A DNA stretch of 64,000 nucleotides from Chrysomallon squamiferum (Eukaryota; Animalia; Mollusca): positions 4,278,001 to 4,342,000 of the forward strand of contig CM022666.1 of the NCBI GenBank assembly GCA_012295275.1. The letters are read 5' to 3'. Below, one piece after another: positions 60,740 to 64,000 of this stretch. A program made the translations under genes and the position numbers. The notes under the pieces are model-generated. The model was not told the origin of the DNA. It saw only the letters and a list, made by a program, of their open reading frames with translations, and made no database searches. Each line of letters opens with the position of its first letter. Within the stretch, counting starts at the first letter, position 1.

Positions 60740-61707
60740 TAATAGATTGTTTTTAATGTTTGCAAATGATGTTTTTATTAATATAAATGCCAGCACAGAT
60801 TAAACGGCAACAAAAATTAATTTGCCTTAAGCGATATTAAAATAATGATGACTATTATGTTTATTAAACCCCGTTGAATCTCACGATAATAAACATCTAC
60901 TGTAGAAACGGCCGTATAATACTAATAAGAAAAACTGCTGTAAACGCATTTAACAAATTATCATTCAGATTCAGTTCGTACCTAAACATATACACTAAAA
61001 AACGATTATATTATTGTAAACGCATTTAACAAATTATCATTCAGATTCAATTCGTACCTAAACATATACACAGAAAACGATTATATTATTGTAAATGTAT
61101 TTAATAAATGATGAATCAGATTCAGTTCGTACCTAAACATATACACAAAAAACGATTATATTATTGTAAATGTATTTAATAAATGATGAATCAGATTAAA
61201 TTCGTACCTAAACATATACACTAAAAACGATTATATTATTGTAAATGTATTTAATAAATTATCATTCAGATTCAGTTCGTACCGAAACATATACACAAAA
61301 AACGATTATATTACTGTAAATGTATTTAATAAATTATCATTCAGATTCAGTTCGTACCTAAACATATACACTAAAAAACGATTATATTATTGTAAATGTA
61401 TTTAATATATTATCATTCAGATTCAGTTCGTACCGAAACATATACACAAAAACGATTATATTATTGTAAATGTATTTAATAAATGATGAATCAGATTCAG
61501 TTCGTACCTAAACATATACACAAAAAACGATTATAATATTGTAAATTTATTTAATAAATTTCCAGACAGTTCTCATCTAATGGCCATTTTGCAGCACGAA
61601 ATGGCCATTTATTATTAATAAGTAAAACACCACTGTATACTTATTTAACAAATTGCATTCATTCATAGCTCTTACCTTAAACCAGAACAATTTCGAGGGT
61701 CGAGCAT
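58674..61707 (-). CDS. Ankyrin-repeat protein, ANKRD63/ANKRD34-like, about 361 aa. Exons 61707-61676 and 59727-58674; alternative start ATG at 59717
   Basis: About five ANK repeats (GKVH, RTPLIHSV, VRLLLRHGCDVNCQDESGRTALMYA, NKQGLTALDLA) followed by a Ser/Thr-Pro-rich tail. Phase-2 join MLDPRNCSGL-R-SGTMKED. Confidence 0.85.
59818..60190. repeat. About 22-bp degenerate tandem repeat interrupted by (TA)n
   Basis: Repeated ttatactggatattatattcaagt units. Confidence 0.85.
60390..60590. mobile_element. Decayed interspersed repeat, SINE-like (related copy at about 135-260)
   Basis: Both sites share GAGARAGGAAACCCGC with loosely similar flanks; the family assignment is an impression only. Confidence 0.3.
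60939..61560. repeat. About 62-bp minisatellite, 10 copies, in the ankyrin-gene intron
   Basis: Repeated tgtaaatgtatttaataaattatcattcagattcagttcgtacctaaacatatacacaaaaaacgattatattat. Confidence 0.95.
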
Positions 61708-62666
61708 TTCGAAAAGTTCACCATTTCACAAAAGGTTTTTCCGAAGAACACCTCAGCCATTTTGTTTGACAAGCAAATCTAGATTTCCGTTGCCGCACTT
61801 AACGATAACCCACAGCGCCACTAAACTATCCGATAATCCGTGCGTCTTAATCGGCACTACCCGGCGGATTAATGTAATCTTTTTTTTATATATATATTTT
61901 TAAAATTATTTACGCCTTATTGACAGTGAAGCGTATAAGTGTAAATCTACGGTAATCCGAAACCGAGGCAGCCTATTACGGTGGCATGCGGTTAATGACG
62001 GGTTTCAATAGCTTGCCAACGTGCACAACAGCCAGCTGTCCGTGCATGACCGTGCTATGAACGTTAGCACACAGACACACACACACACACACATACAAAC
62101 ACACATTCACACACACAGGTTAAAGGTTTTGCAAGACGTTAATAAACATTCGAAGGTCTAATTTCATGGATTCTGACTCTGAATACAGAATTTGTTTAAA
62201 CGGTTGTGATTCATAGAATGAAACGTACTTGATACACCCGTACATACAGACAGACACAGAGACATGCACACACATACATACGTACCTATATAATACATGC
62301 ACGTACACATACATAACAAACGCACACGCATATATACACAAACATACATATACACATATACAGAAACACATAAATACATTTACACATACATTACCAGTCA
62401 GACTCAGTTATTATCTAAATCTTTACAGCAGAAAGGGCCATTTACTGTAAATTTATCGAATTCATCTTTTAAGTATCAGGAATATTTTTGACATCATATT
62501 TTTCTTCTCATTTTGTTCTCGTTATCGAAAACATCCCAGTTTGCTTTAAATTAAAATAATTTCAAAATGTACCAACAGGGTTGCATGCAAAATAGCTTGA
62601 ATATATTATTCTTTTATTAATTATCAAAACTCATGTATGTTTACAAAAAAAAAAACAAAAAAAAAA

Positions 62667-62721
<55 letters not shown>

Positions 62722-62814
62722 AATAATAATAAAAACCAGTGTAAATTTGTGAACGTATTTAATGAGCGAAAAAAGATTGTGTATAGTTTATTTTTACTGT
62801 TACATATATTAGCG

Positions 62815-62852
<38 letters not shown>

Positions 62853-64000
62853 TCTATTTATTTTCCATTTGTTACGTTACGAATCTCTCCTTTCTTCTTT
62901 GCTACCAAAGGTAGATCAACAACATCGCTAACTATTCATCAAAACACGAGCCATGAAAAAAAAAATAGCTAATTAATATTAATGTCTCTAAACCTATGAC
63001 GTCACACATAAAGTTTCTGAAAGAGTGTAATCATTCCATAACTCTCGATAATGAGAAATTATAAATTTTAAATGATTTGAAATTATGTATAGGGTGTATT
63101 TTATGTTAAGTGGAATAGTTCTGTTATTATTTTTCAGTAATAGAAACACAGTCGATTATTCCCCTTGACAGTCTGCAAATGTATATCTACGATAATGGAG
63201 TAAATATGTATTTATTTATTGATCATCACCATCATCATCATGCTGTGTTTTTATACTCTCTCTCTCTCTCTGTGTATACGTGTGTGTATTTATTTTATAA
63301 ACTGATATACGTGATGAAAAACTTCGTAATAATCTATTTTAAAATTTTAATAATTACAGTTTAGTTTCGATTAGTATATAAAATTAACATAAAACAAAAC
63401 TATCCACTAATAATAATAATTTTCTCTAAAATATTTTAAATCTTTCTCATCTTCGTTAGTTTCATTAAAGACGAAAAACAAATCGGCCATTTTATGTCTG
63501 TTTTTGCCACTTTTCTTCTAATATCATTTTCACTGTTAGATTATAAATAACAATAAGAAACAAACGGTTTGAATGAATCGCAGAGAATGTATGCATATAT
63601 TTTTACATTATTTTCAAACAATGAATTTTTTGAAGGGTTATACAGAAATGTTTCTTCTCAGTGTTTTATTTTTTTAATTTATTCTTTTTATTTTATTTAA
63701 TTTTTCAAAAACAAAAAAAAAACAGATCACGTAAGACTGAAAGCATTATCAACATAATTAAAAATAAAATAATTCAAAATAGTAATAATAATAATAAAAA
63801 TGTAAAAAATTAAAATTTTAAATAACTGTAAATAACAAACTTATTAAATATATAAAAAAATATAAATATATAAAAAAGAATAGTACACAAATTACAAAAT
63901 TAACAATTTCTGCTCTTTGATTTGTATCATTAATTTTTGTCGAAATAAATTTTTAACATAATTAGAAACGAATATAATTTAACACTTAGAACGTAATATT

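Noticed and set aside
60939-61560. Regularly spaced repeats as a CRISPR array
   Set aside because: Eukaryotic context, contiguous units without unique spacers, and no cas genes.

Overview
AT-rich, microsatellite-dense invertebrate animal DNA (mollusc-like by inference); most ORF-track entries are simple-repeat artefacts. Reading GT-AG splice sites and codon phases by hand gives five intron-containing genes, all on the minus strand. (1) The 5' part of the nuclear receptor HR83/NR2E5 (5116 to window start). (2) A 7-exon, 318-aa type II membrane TNF-family ligand (12442-8381). (3) An ectodysplasin-like TNF ligand (44840 to 35611 or 34184) with TM anchor, furin-type site, basic patch, 16 Gly-X-Y collagen triplets and a TNF domain; it ends in two intact, paralogous, mutually exclusive last exons. 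(4) A 632-aa BTB-BACK-Kelch protein (54185-48898). (5) An ANKRD63/34-like ankyrin protein (61707-58674). The 21-kb gap between the two TNF genes holds a repeated fixed-spacing inverted NF-kB-site module, STAT-site clusters, and a TATA plus splice-donor unit suggesting an unannotated immune-inducible transcript. Best lead: a tandem TNF/EDA-like locus whose EDA-like ligand may swap part of its TNF fold by alternative last-exon choice. Gene models are sequence-only and untested by transcripts; motif-based regulatory calls are inference.
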